A DNA stretch of 64,000 nucleotides from Ginglymostoma cirratum (lineage: Eukaryota), in NCBI GenBank assembly GCA_024137785.1, contig JAHRHZ010000274.1, positions 17,784,871 to 17,848,870 of the forward strand. The letters run 5' to 3'. The first letter of the stretch is position 1, and each line of letters begins with the position of its first letter. Shown here piece by piece: positions 13,201 through 32,398 of this stretch. The position numbers and the translations under genes were made by a program. Below the pieces are notes generated by a model, which was not told where the DNA came from, ran no database searches, and saw only the letters and a program-made list of their open reading frames with translations.

Positions 13201-14889
13201 TGACCAACACTAAGTTTATTTTAGTTACAGTCCTCATCTTTTTCACACATACATACGTATAAGAACAGACACAAAATTTTATTCTCCATGTGAAATAAAA
13301 CAAAATTATACAAGGTCAAAAAAAATCAAATTTCCATTATCTTAGTTGCCTTCTTCTTTTTGACAATTTTAAGGAAGCAATAATTTGCCAGATCTGCAGA
13401 CTCTACTCTTACATCGCAACTTGTCCAGAAATAGCAACAGAACCCAAGGGCCATAAAAATGAAAAAGGACTAACAAGATTAACTATTAAATTCATATGTG
13501 AATGTGAAATAAATACTTCATCAAAAGTGACTCACATGATATCTATCAGAAGTGAAGCAGTTGTATATAAAAGTCCTGATTTTGTGCGGTGCTGAGCTCT
13601 CTGGCTGCCCTTCTTGTTCTTCTCCGTCTCAGTCTGGGACTGATGAGAGGCAACAGGTGCCAGCTCCGGTAGAATGAAAATATCAGCCAATCCTGTGTGA
13701 TAATCATCTACATCACAGACACTAATGAAAGTAACTTTAGAATTGACGGTTAGGACTTGGAATGGCCTGGGAATGAAGTGTGTATTATTGGCATTAAGAT
13801 CTTGATTTCTATCATCCCTTGGAACTGTTCACAATAAGAAAATCACTAGATGTTACTTTACTATACATATTTTTCATTTTAATTCTCTTTTCTCTCTTCT
13901 AGGCTTAATGTGATGAGCTCATTCTGAAATTGTTACAAAATTCTTCCAGGAATTTCTGAAGCTCAAAGTCAGAATCTGTTATTCTAGCCTTCACGACATG
14001 GGATTAACTAAAATAATTCTTTTTTAACAGCATTATATAACGTGGTTTTAAATCTATTTTCCATTTGTGATGCTCTTTACAACCAGATAGCAAATGCCGG
14101 ATACTCTTCATAGTATATTTGGTAAAGCTCCAAAAATTACTGCAAATTAATTAATTTAGACTAAATGGCACTAAGTGATGATGTTCATTTGCAGGACTAG
14201 AATTTACACAATGGGCCAAATGGTGTCCTTCTGTACGACAACAATTCTATGAAAATTTTGGACTTAGATAATAACAATGAAAAAGAGAGCAACAGTGGAA
14301 TGCCTTTAACTCATTTTTGCCTTTTCCACAGAAATTAGCAAAGGGGTGGGTATCAACCCCATTGTAACAGAAGATTTGGCCAGCTAACTGAATTCTCCCA
14401 CTCAGTACATTCTGTGCCTTTGCTTCCAAATGTTGTTCAAGATGGAGGAGTAATCATTTATCAATTGAGAGAAATTATTTTCTCCTGAATATTTGTTTAC
14501 ACTTCAAGTTGTTTTCATCGTGTGATTCCATTCAGAATATGAACTTATGATCTATTTATATAAACGTCTTAAAAGTGTCCATCGTACTTCAGGTCTCCCT
14601 TTTCAGACTCCACTGGCATAGAATATGTAAACATACCGCAACTGAACAATCTGTAAAAAGCAGCATACAATAGCAGAGAATTGTTTCTTGTTTTAACCTT
14701 GGAATACTGAAACACAATTTACAATAACAAAGAGACAAACCAAGCAGGTGTTAGTGGAGGGCATTTTTAAAATAATAATTAATGCCTATCTGACTTGTTA
14801 TTCCAAAGGCACACTTGATTTATATGTTAAATTTTCATTACATAACAGTTCAAATTGAACAATACATACCATGCAATTTATTTAAATAT

Positions 14890-15185
14890 AGATAGAGGCC
14901 ATTCAGCCTACTGAGTTTGCACCGACCATCTGAACAGCATTCCACCCAGACATACAACACATCTCATCTCCACGACCCTCCATTTACCATGGCTAGTTCA
15001 CCCAGCCTGCACATCCCTGGCACTAGGGGGCAATTTAGCATGGCCAATCCTCCTAACCTGTATATCTTTGGAGGAAACCAGAGCACCTGGCAGAAACCCA
15101 CGAAGGCACAGGGAGAACGTGCAAACTCCACATAGTCACTCAAGTCTGGAATTGAACCCAGGCCCCTGGTGCTGTGCAGCCACCA
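14890..15185 (-). mobile_element. HE1-like tRNA-derived SINE, degenerate
   Basis: Reverse complement of the 19308-19600 SINE body (gcaatttagcatggccaatcc...gcaaactccaca). Confidence 0.75.
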
Positions 15186-16699
15186 GATGCTTTGCTATAC
15201 TTAATTCTTTAGATATACGATGCATGATTACATTTCAAAATGAGATATTCTCTGGCACACACAGCCCAAAGAATTTTAGACATTTTCTAGTCCCTCAGTT
15301 GTGGCCTCCAGACTAGGCTGTACTTCCCTTTGGTCAACAGTGTGCAAAAACAGAACAGAATAGCAACTAAATGTTACAGCCAGGCTGCAGAACCCAGCCC
15401 ATTTAAGCAATGCAGTATTCAATTGTTCAATATTTGTTTATGTGTCAGATTAGTAATCACACACCATCAGCAGTTAAGCCTGGGGTATTCAGAAAAACTG
15501 AAACTAGCTGAAAACAAAAACTAGCTATAAGCACGACTGCAGGAAATTTAAACCATTGTAAATAAAGTTCTCAGCATCTACACCATGCTAGCATTATGCG
15601 GCATACTTTGTTTGGTTTATACAACAGGGCACCACCAGACGGTCCAAGCAGCAGAATGTCACTTCAGCAGGCCTATTGTCTGTGTCACCATGACCTTGGG
15701 TAGATAATGGACTGCATTGTATCTGCACTCTGCCTCAGTCAAGAGTTGTATGATAGAGTTAATAACCATGGTCACAGCCTTCATTTGCAATAATCAGTTT
15801 TGTAAGACATCTAGACCCTCAAGTGCAGCAGGAACACTCAAGAACATAGCCATTGCAGCAGCATCCAAGGTACTGGGTCCACACTCCTAAGAAGTGGAAC
15901 AAATGCTGACAGTTTGTTGTCAGAATGGAACCCTTCTCTATTGGTGAATTCAGCTGCATTATGATATGGCCCTCTCAGCACCCCAGACTTGCTTCGTCAA
16001 TTGCGCCCTACGTGTGGGGGATGCCAGTTATGTTGCCAAATGCTACTGCTTGTGCTGCAGTACAGATCTTGTCACAGGAAATGAGATGAAGTGGTGTGAT
16101 CTTGCACAAATGGCTCAATCACTGTCTTGATGCATTTGTGGGTTGACAACTAAGATTCCCACTCAGGTCCCCAGTGGCTCCTTCAAGAAGGAAAGTTCAA
16201 GACAGCTGTCACCTTGACAACCACCAGGACAGGATGGCCACCCATTCTTTTGAGTCACTGGTCCTACTCCAACAGTCGGCATAGTTCTGTGACACTCTCC
16301 TGTGACATTCAAAAGCCTATGGTGACACTCCATCTTACTCATCTGGAAGAAGTGGAATAGCGGGTGAAAAACCCGAGCCCTCCTGTTCATTCTGAAGGGT
16401 GCTTCAGCTACCTCCTCTTCACGTCAAGGTTGTTCAGCATCTGCTGGAGGGTTGTGGGACAGAGAGTCTGTTGATTCTGGGCTTGCTGGTGCATTTATTT
16501 CTCTTTCAGTTCTCTGTACCTGTGTTGCATCTCAGCAACAGCAACAATAAATCCCTCCTGTGATGCATGTAATGAACCTGTGTGAGGAGTAGAAGAAACA
16601 GAACAGGCCTTTACCAATGTGAGCAATCAATTTTTGCATCACATTCAAATGATGGCTTTTCATACTCCATACAATGGGACACAAGGACAGCAGTGAAAT

Positions 16700-17545
16700 A
16701 ATTCATCTTCCACCCCACTAGTATCTGCATTCAATGGATCATTCTTCACCATTTCTGCTGTCTTCAGCAGGGTACTATCATCAAACACATCTTCCCCTCC
16801 CCTCCATTCAGCACTGTACAGGGCCTGTTCCCTCTACCAGACTCTATTCTACTCCTACATCATGCCTCACACCCCACTGCATCTTCCCATGTATTATCAG
16901 AAAGTGTAAAACTTGACTTTTCACTTCTTTCCTCCTCATTGAGCAAAGATCAAACGCAGACTGGGTAACCACTTTATGGAATACCTCCACACTGTGGAAA
17001 TGACCCTGACATTCTAGCTGCTTACCATTTCAACAAACCATCATCCTGCCATGCCTTCCATCCTGAGCAAGCTACAGTGTTCTGACAAAGTTCAATGCAA
17101 GATGGCAAAACAACACCTCATTTTTCATTTAGGCATTTTAGCCTTCAGAACTCTATATTGAGTTCAACAACTTCACAGCATGACCTCTGTCCAGTCTTAT
17201 TACGACCTGCTTCCCCACACAGGCCAAGTCTTGTTTGTGCCTTGTTGGCTTTGATCTCAGCAGAAAGAACCAACTTTCTCTTTTTGACCCAAATCATTAA
17301 TATCTATTTTACATCTCTATCTCTCCTTTACCACCATTAGCACTCTTCATTATTTGATCTTGGCACGCTCACCATCCATTCCAATTGCTCCTCCTTTCCT
17401 CTTCAACATGATAAAAACCACCACTTTCAAGCTCCTTTCAGTTCTGAACACGCATCATAATGGACTTGAAATATTAACTCTGTTTCTCTTTATAGATGTT
17501 ACCAGACCTACTGACATTTCCAGCATTGCAATATTTTGCTTTTAT
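16700..17545 (+). mobile_element. Degenerate Penelope-like element 3' part (family B)
   Basis: GIY-YIG-tail remnants (aaacgcagactgggtaacc...gaccctgac...catttcaac) and a 3' tail (gatgttaccagacctactga...tttccagcatt) matching 53365-53905 and 6695-6871. Confidence 0.65.
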
Positions 17546-19059
17546 GTGAATGACACTTGGCACTCTGACATTGAACCTTATTCTGATTAATGCACTACCA
17601 GTCCTGTGGTAAAAATGTAATAAGAGAGTGCAAATGATGCATCAGTATACTGCACCCCTTTCCTCCTCGTACAACATCACTCATGGAAGGCACGAGAGTC
17701 TTATATTGTACTCCATTGAGAGGGCATCAGTTTCATAACTCTATGCACCCCAGATGGGCCTTTGCGTTAGCTGTGTGCATTTTAAGGTCATCGGTGATTA
17801 CTTCTGCTTCATAGAAATGTCTCTCCAAGTTGCAAGGGTCAATGACATGGACTACATTGCTTATGACCAGTTTATTTGTCCACTGCATGTATTTCACATG
17901 TATGATGATATGATTGCAAATGATTTCAACGTGCACATGCAACTGCATGATTTATATACTTGTCCTTTTAAAACCTCCTGTCTCTTAGAAATGGAGCCCA
18001 CGGTTTGGACAGGAAACTGACACAGATTCCACACTACTCCAATTGTGTTGCCATAGCTATTTTCTCTTTATAGGTTGCATTTAGAACTTGACAGATCATA
18101 GAAAACAACATAGGTTGTGATCAATAATGTGAGTACCAGACTTGGTCTGGTCATCAGGTACCCCTCTGAACCTCCATGTCCCTTTTTACCTAGCAGTCCC
18201 TGGATAGCCCATGTTTACTGAACCCTAATATGTTCTCACTCACCACCTTAACTACCACTCCAATTCTCATCCTTATTTCCTGGGTCACATGACTACAATT
18301 TAATCATGTCCACCATCATGCTGCACAGTTCCCTTGATAAGGCTGTGGTGGTGACAACTGCCTATCACCTCACTTCCCACAGCATTCCATGTACTACCAG
18401 CTCACCCTCCTTATGTATCAAATACCCCCACTTCACTGTCCTCGTACTCTCCACATTTCAGGTTGCTGGCTGGAGTCCCAGCATTGAGTCACCCCAACTT
18501 CTTACCGCAGCAGGTCCCTAGATAACAACACATGAAATTTATTTCTCTGTTCCCTAGGACTGACCATGCTCCACACACTGACTGACCTGGTCACATAACC
18601 CTGAATGATGATTTGTCAGCTCCCTGTCCAATCTCTGTATATCTCTCCAACAGACAATCTGCTAACGTCTGACTGGCTCCATTGAAACTGTGCTTCACTC
18701 CCCAGACAGTAGACGAACAGAACCCCTGATCCAGATGGCCCCATGTGGACATCGGGACATACCAAAGTCTCTGGGCAGATCATGAACTGACCTTGACTGA
18801 CTGTATTGGCCACACGCAGATCCCACCCCACCCCACCCCACCCCACCCCCTGACCCAGACTCTGACTGAAAGCAGCCCCCTTGACGTCACTGAGTACTAC
18901 TCGCCTTCAACATAGAGACACAGCCATGTGGGTTGAAGCAAATTCAGTGTGTTTGCTGTCTAGGTTGTGTAGGGTGTGATATTGATATGAATGGTCATTC
19001 CTTTGACTGATGACAAACATTCCTTCAAAGCTGTGTGCCAGCACCATGCACACTTCTGA

Positions 19060-19240
19060 AGGTTTGTAAAGCAAAGATAGATTTTTGATCAGTAAAGGAT
19101 TAAGTGTTATGGTGAGCGGGTGGATAAGTGGAGCTGAGTTCATGAAAAGATCAACCTTGATCTTATTGAATGGCAGAGCAGGCTCAAGGGGCCAGATGGC
19201 CTACTTCCATTCCTTTTTCTTATGTTATGGTTCTTATGTT
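19060..19240 (+). mobile_element. CR1 LINE 3' end fragment
   Basis: gatagatttttgatcagtaaagg...gaatggcagagcaggctcaagggg...tatgttatggttcttatg tail. Confidence 0.65.
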
Positions 19241-19307
19241 AACTGACGACAAGCTGTCCTGTATCTGTGTTAAACAGCAAGACAATACAAATACAAATAC
19301 AATTACG

Positions 19308-19600
19308 GGTGGCATGGTGGCTCAGTGGTTAGCACTGCTGCCTCACAGCACCAGGGACTTGGGTTCGATTCCAGCCTCGGGCGTCTGTCTGTGTGGAGTT
19401 TGCACGTTCTCCCCGTGTCTGCGTGGCTTTCCTCTGGGTGCTCCGGTTTCCTCCCACAGTCCAAAGATGTGCAGGTTAGGTGGATTGGCCATGCTAAATT
19501 GCCTGTAGTGTTCAGGGAGGTGTAGGTTGGGGTGGGATGCTCTGAGGTTCGGTGTGGACTTGTTGGGCCGAAGGGCCTGTTTCCACACCGTAGGGATTCT
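19308..19600 (+). mobile_element. HE1-like tRNA-derived shark SINE, near full length
   Basis: Pol III A box (GGTGGCTCAGTGG) and B box (GGGTTCGATTCC), conserved body (gtgtggagtttgcacgttctccccgtgtctgcgtg), CR1-like 3' tail. Confidence 0.85.
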
Positions 19601-20329
19601 AATTCAAAAGTATTGTGTGACTTTAAAGTGAAGCTGAGGGGGTAAAGCGCTGAAAGGCAAGGTAGGGATGTTGTGAGTATCCTGACAGGCATTAATGAAT
19701 TAACACTAAGGGGAAAAAAAAAGCAAGAAGCCCTGAGATGCAGCCTGGTACCATCTGTGTTAACTGGGTGCCTGTCCTGGCATACAGAGTGTCTTTGCAG
19801 CAGCGTTTCAATTATTGCTGTGCAGCATGACAGTGCAGAGCATAGTGAAAGTGGACTGGAGAAGTGCCATGATGGTGTAAACAGGCTGACATGTATGGGA
19901 TACCAGTGTCTAGGTTGAAGATCTGGAGGAGTAAGTGGTAAGTTGGTGTTGCCAGGCACCTGCAAAGACTATCATGTTGTAAATTCTCACTGCTTTTGCC
20001 ACCTATAATGGTGTAATGGGAAAGTGCATATTAATAAGGCAAGATTAAGTAATAATGAAGTGATAATTTCCACTAAGAGGCCTCTCACCATTCACTTGTC
20101 TTGACGTGCAGAACTTAGTTGGAAAATATGACTTGTTGCTCCCAATGTTGAGAAAGGCCTCAAATGACATCTCGTGCAATTCTAGAAAATTTTCCATCAT
20201 ATCCCACATCATTCAGGGGCTGGAAAGATTTCACTCACAGAGTATCTGCTCTGTATATCTCTGAGAGATAAAACAAATCTATGAATATCAATTGCCATCT
20301 GCTTCTACTGGACAAAGTAATTCATTTCA

Positions 20330-20968
20330 CAGCTTTGCAGAACACCTGCGCTCAGTTCGCAACAAACAACTGCACCTCCCAGTCGCAAACCATTTCAACT
20401 CCCCCTCCCAGTCCTCAGACGACATGTCCATCCTGGGCCTCCTGCAATGCCACAATGATGCCACCCGAAGGCTGCAGGAACAGCAAATCATATTTAGCCT
20501 GGGAACCCTGCAGCCCAATGGTATCAATGTGGATTTCACAAGCTTCAAAATCTCCCCTCCCCCAACCGCATCCCAAATCCAGCCCAGCTCGTCCCCGCCT
20601 CCCTAACCTGTTCTTCCTCTCACCTATCCCCTCCTCCCACCTCAAGCCCCACCCCCATCTCCTAACCTCATCCTGCCCCCTTGACCTGTCCGTCCTCCCT
20701 GGACTGACCTATCTCCTCCCTACTCCCCCCACCTACACTCACCTTTACTGGCTCCATCCCCGCCTCTTTGACTTGTCTGTCTCCTCTCCACTTATCCTCT
20801 CCTCTATCCATCTTCTATCTGCCTCCCCCTCTCTCCCTATTTATTTCAGAACCCTCTTCCCCTCCCCCATTTCTGATGAAGGGTCTAGGCCCGAAACGTC
20901 AAGCTTTCCTGCTCCTATGATGCTGCTTGGCCTGCTGTGTTCATCCAGCTCCACACCTTGTTATCTTG
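20330..20968 (+). mobile_element. Penelope-like element 3' fragment (family A): GIY-YIG C-terminus, pyrimidine-rich 3' region and hammerhead core
   Basis: ORF 20292..20606 (FAEHLRSVRNKQLHLPVANHFNS...LGTLQPNGIN). CTGATGA-A-GGG-TCTAGG-CCC-GAAACGTC at 20873-20900. Confidence 0.85.
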
Positions 20969-21369
20969 CATTATCCTGATATTGCTTCGACAGTTCAAGA
21001 ACAAAGCAAATTTGTCTGGTGTATTTCTATGTAAGTGATCCATTTAAGTGCTCTCACATTCTAGACCATTGTTATATTGTAGTAGTTTGAGAATCAGCAG
21101 AATGATGTTATTGCAAGGATAGAACAACTTCAAACTTGGTTGTCTTACACAATGCAAACATATGCAGGACGAATAGAAGTGATCAGTGACATATACTTAT
21201 GAAGTATAATAAATGATAACTATCTCTAGAAGCTGCTACAAAGGCCTTGGATGTTTTTAGGCTGTAATTAAATGTTACTTATGAAATGTTAGTTGCTTTG
21301 CAATGATTGCAAAACTCTCAAAGTTGTTATGGCAAGATTTTCCATAGATGTAAAAATGACTTTTTAGGA

Positions 21370-23005
21370 AGTATTTACTGTGGAGAAGGACACAGAGGGG
21401 AAATAAATAACTGTCTTGGAAAGACTTCATATTAAAGAAGAGGAGATGCTGGAGCTAAATCGCTGGGAACTGATCAGGCGTTTCCCAGAAGCTAGGAAAG
21501 GGATTGCTGGGCCCTTGCTGAGATGTTTGTACCATCAACAGGCACAGGTGAGGTGCCAGAAGACTGGAGGTTGGTTAATGTGGTGCCATTATTTAAGACC
21601 GGCTGTAAGAAACTAGGTAACTATAGACTGGGTAGCCTCATGTAAGTGGTGGGTAAGTTGTTGGGAGGGGATTCTGAGGGACTGGATTTACATACATTTA
21701 GAAAGGCAAGGATTGATTAGAGAGAGTCAACATGGCTTTGTGTGGGAAACTATGTCTCATTAACTTGAGTTTTTTTGTCTACATGGACTTCAGCAAAGAG
21801 TTTGACTAGGTTCCACATGGAAGACTGGTTAGTAAAGTTAGATCACATGGGATAAAAGGGGAGCTATCCAATTGGAAACAAAACTGGATTGAAGGATAGG
21901 AGATAGACAGTGATGGTAGAGGTTTGATTTTCAGACTGGAGGCCTGTGATCGTTGGTGTGCCACAAAGATCTGTGTTGGGTCAATGGCTTTTCTTCATTT
22001 TGGATGTGATTATAGGAGGTATTGTTAATAAGTTTGCAGATGACACCGAAATAGGTGGTATAGTGAACAGTGAAGAAGATTATCTCCGGGTACAATGGGA
22101 CCATGATGAGATGGGCAAATGATTGGCAGGTAGATTTTAATCTAGATAAATGTGAGATGTTGCATTTTGGTAAGGCAAACCAGGATAAGACCTATAGTTA
22201 TTGGTAGGGCCCTGGGCAATGTTGCCAAACAAAGAGACCTGACATGTAGGTGCACAATTCCTTGACAGTGGAATAACAGGTAGACAGGGTGGTGAAGAAG
22301 GCATTTGGCATGCTTGACTTCATTGATCAGAACATTGAGTATAGGAGTTAGGATGTCATGTGGTGCAGTGGTAGTGTCCCTGCCCCTGGCTAGGGAGGCT
22401 CAGGTTCAAGTCCCATCTGCTCCAAGTGTGTAGTAACACCTCTGAATAGGTTGATTAGAAAAATTAGTTAATAAAACAATTTTAAGAGCTCATTGGTGAG
22501 GTCACTTTTAGAATACTGCATACAATTCTGGTCTCCCTTCTATAGAAAGATGTTGTTAAACCTGAGAGGACGCAGTAAAGTTTTACAAGGGTGATGCCAG
22601 GACTGGAGGGTTTGAGTTATAGGGAGAGGCTGAATAGGCTGGGGCTATTTTCCCTGGGGGATTGGCAGCTGAGGGGTGACCTTATAGACATTTATAAAAT
22701 CATGAGACGCGTGGATAGGGTGAATAGCCAAGGACTTTTCCCTGGATTGGGAGTCCAAAACTCAGAGGGGAAAGATTTAAAAAGGACTCGAGGGATAACT
22801 TTTTCACACAGAGGGTTGTGCATGTATGGAATGAGCTGCCAGGCAGGTACAATTACAATTACAATTTAATAGGTATATAAATAGGAACGGTTTAGAGGGA
22901 TACGGGCCAAATGCTGGCAAATGGGACTAGGTCAGATTGGGATGTTTGGTTGGTGTGGACAAGTTGGACCGAAGGGTATGTTTTTGCGCTGTATGATTCT
23001 ATAAC
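21370..23005 (+). mobile_element. CR1 LINE ORF2 (RT) 3' part, degenerate, interrupted by a small tRNA-head SINE (~22360-22460)
   Basis: Motifs YMDFSK (~21780), KFADDT (aagtttgcagatgacacc ~22030), LSYRERLNRLGLFSL (ORF 22591..22869) and a ctgtatgattcta tail. Confidence 0.88.
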
Positions 23006-24304
23006 TTCCATGACACCATATCAGTGTCAGCTCTTCACTCAGATAATATTACAGCTAAAGCAGAGACTTTAAAGTACAGAAGGTAGCAATCAATCCGATA
23101 AGAGATAACACAGTGTGGAGCTGGAGGAACACAGCAGGCCAGCATCCTGTTTCTAAGTCAGGATTTGAATGTCACAATAAAAACAATAGCTAAAATATGT
23201 TGAGTTGCCAGTTACATCCTTGGAAAAAGGGATTCCTGGCTATTCCATAGAATTCATTCCTAATGAATAGAAATGTTAAGACATCCAACTGAAAACATGG
23301 GTTTGTATTGTTTTCCATAATGTGTGTGGCTGCCAGCAACAAGATCTCCATAGACTTTGAAGTAATTTTTCAGGCAAGCTGTTGGGTATCAAACTGGCAG
23401 CCCAGTAGATCGAGTGCAAAGGGAACCAATGCAGGGATGGTCAGTAGAAGCAGATGACAATTGGTATTGTTTTTTTAACCCTCAGAGATATGCGGAGGTG
23501 TTATAACACTTTCCACGGGTGAAATCTTCCCAGACCTTGGAATGATGTGGGACATGATGGCAAATTTGCAAGAATTGCATGAGATGTCACGCAAAGGTTT
23601 TTCTCATCACAAGCAACAAGTTATATTTTCCAATTAAGTTCTGGATGTCAAGACAAAACATTTGTTAGTGAATGGTGAACTGGGAACACAGATGGTCCAG
23701 TCCCTTTGGAATGGAGGAGGATGAAACTGGGCTTGAGAGTGGCAAGGTACTGGAAGGATGGAAAAGTTTCAAATGTAAACTGAATAAATGTTTTTGAAGA
23801 TGTAACTAGCAGGGTAAAGTAAGGAAGAGAGTGTTTCCATTGACTGAGTGGATAATTAGAACTCAGGGCATAATCTCAGTTTAATCATACACCATTTAGG
23901 ACTGAGGTGAGGATAGATTTCTTCATGCAGAAGGCAATGAACCTACCTCTTCCCTGAAGAGTTTTAAATACAAATGGTCGAGCATATTTACACCAAGGTC
24001 CATAAATTAATGAAAAAAGGCACAAAGACAAATTAAAAAGGATGCTGGAAATCAGAAATATAAACAGAAAACCCTGGAAATATTCAGCACCCTGGCAGCA
24101 TCTGAGTTAAATATTTCAGTTAAGGTGCTGTAACCTTTCTAGCGTGAGGTTTGTGACCTTTCATCAGAAAACTGGGCACGGAGTTGATCTTGAAGATGAG
24201 CTACGACCTTACTAAATGGTGGAGAGAGCTCGAGATTTCTCTTTGGACTGCTGCGCTTTCATTTCCTGAAATAAAGTAAGTTCAAGGTGGATTAATTTGC
24301 CCAT

Positions 24305-24333
24305 GTGGTGGTGGTGGTGATGATGATGATGAT
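24305..24333. repeat. Compound (GTG)n(ATG)n microsatellite
   Basis: gtggtggtggtggtgatgatgatgatgat read directly. Confidence 0.9.
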
Positions 24334-24479
24334 ACTACAAGACAAGGAGAGACACTGACAAGGGGAAAGTCTGATTTCACCGACCGAAATATTGGATTTG
24401 TGAAAACAACCACCACCCAGCCCGGTGCTTTGAACAGTTAGAAGTGATACTCGGTAATATATATAAGAAATCTAAGGAT

Positions 24480-31138
<6,659 letters not shown>

Positions 31139-31143
<5 letters not shown>

Positions 31144-31398
31144 ACTTGTGCTTTTATCTTGCTCTCCTGTTTTGGGTTTTTGTTTTGTCTCATCTGTGAA
31201 GGTATATTGGTGAAATTCTGTCTTATCTAGCATTGCAGCCTCAGGAGAATCTTCAGGTTCAGTGGTGGTCACTTGGATAATTTCACTTGTACTGTATCTC
31301 AGTTTGCATGTTGTGATTATAACAAATAAATTGCTCACCATGAAATTAACTGCATACACTTTAGTTTTGGTTGACATGTTTCATTAATCTTAAATAAA
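31139..31398 (+). terminator. OAZ1 3' end: three AATAAA polyadenylation signals (31139, 31325, 31393)
   Basis: Hexamers read directly, each followed by T/GT-rich tracts. The contexts CAAATAAATTGCTCAC and TAAATAAAATTTATTTTTAC resemble the vertebrate OAZ1 3' UTR as I recall it (not aligned here). Confidence 0.75.
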
Positions 31399-32398
31399 AT
31401 TTATTTTTACTGTTGAAGTCTTAGTTTGGAATGAATAATAAGGTTTTGATTATCATTGTTTCAGGCAACAAAGCTTAATCCATCCCTTCAAGCTCTCTGT
31501 TCCTACCCTTTGCCCTGTTTAGAATTAAGTTTCTCACTTTGAAGGGATCCCAGTGGAATAGGGACCTATTTGTTGAATTGCAGTGCTGTAAACAGTATTG
31601 CAAGCAAAATTGATTATGCTTACAGCATGTTAGTATAGAATCAATTTGACTCAGTTTGGTACGGTTACAATGTTGCCATTGCTCCTGGTTCAGTTCACAC
31701 GTGTTGAAGACCATGGGAATATGGGAGATTTTATTTAAACTTGCTATGCAACAGTACACCAAACAGTTAAGTGTAGTTAATTTTGATTTTAAAATTTGGG
31801 TTACTCCAAGGTGGGGGACTGGGTTATGCAAATCATTTGTTTTAGTGCAAAGTGGTGATACTGATATCTAACACCTACTGTCATTAATTTGGTTTTTGTT
31901 TATCTTCCAAATTAAGAAATAGTTGTTATTTGGAAAGAACTTTGGAACTGGCACATGCAGAAAACATACCTGAGCAGTGTTGATTGACTAATGGACAGCA
32001 AACAATAGTATGGCTGGTGTTAAACTTCCTCAATACTTTCTGTTTAAATTGTGTGACATTTTTTAAACATTTTCAGGTGAAAGCATCAGATGCTCAAAGG
32101 TTAATTTTTAGGTGTGACTTGGCTTTGTTGATGAATGTTCATTAATCATCTCAGATGGATTTACAAGCAGAGATGCCTGAAACTGAGGTTAGACTTGGTG
32201 TAGTAAGCAAATTAACATCTCTGCTTTCAGAAGTGGCTGTCCTCTCACTCTGATTTGTGAGACCCCTTTAAAAATTTTTACCCATATCTTCATGCTAGTG
32301 GCTAATCCACATTCCCCTTTTTATTCAGCACGTGAGCCTATTCATATTTGTATCCTTTGAGTAAGCATTTACTGTAAATTCAGCTCCAGCCAAATAGA

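Noticed and set aside
19308-19385. tRNA gene-like A and B boxes (also at 27530, 47160-47232, 63050)
   Set aside because: They continue into SINE bodies and LINE-derived tails, with no proper cloverleaf or terminator; these are SINE heads.
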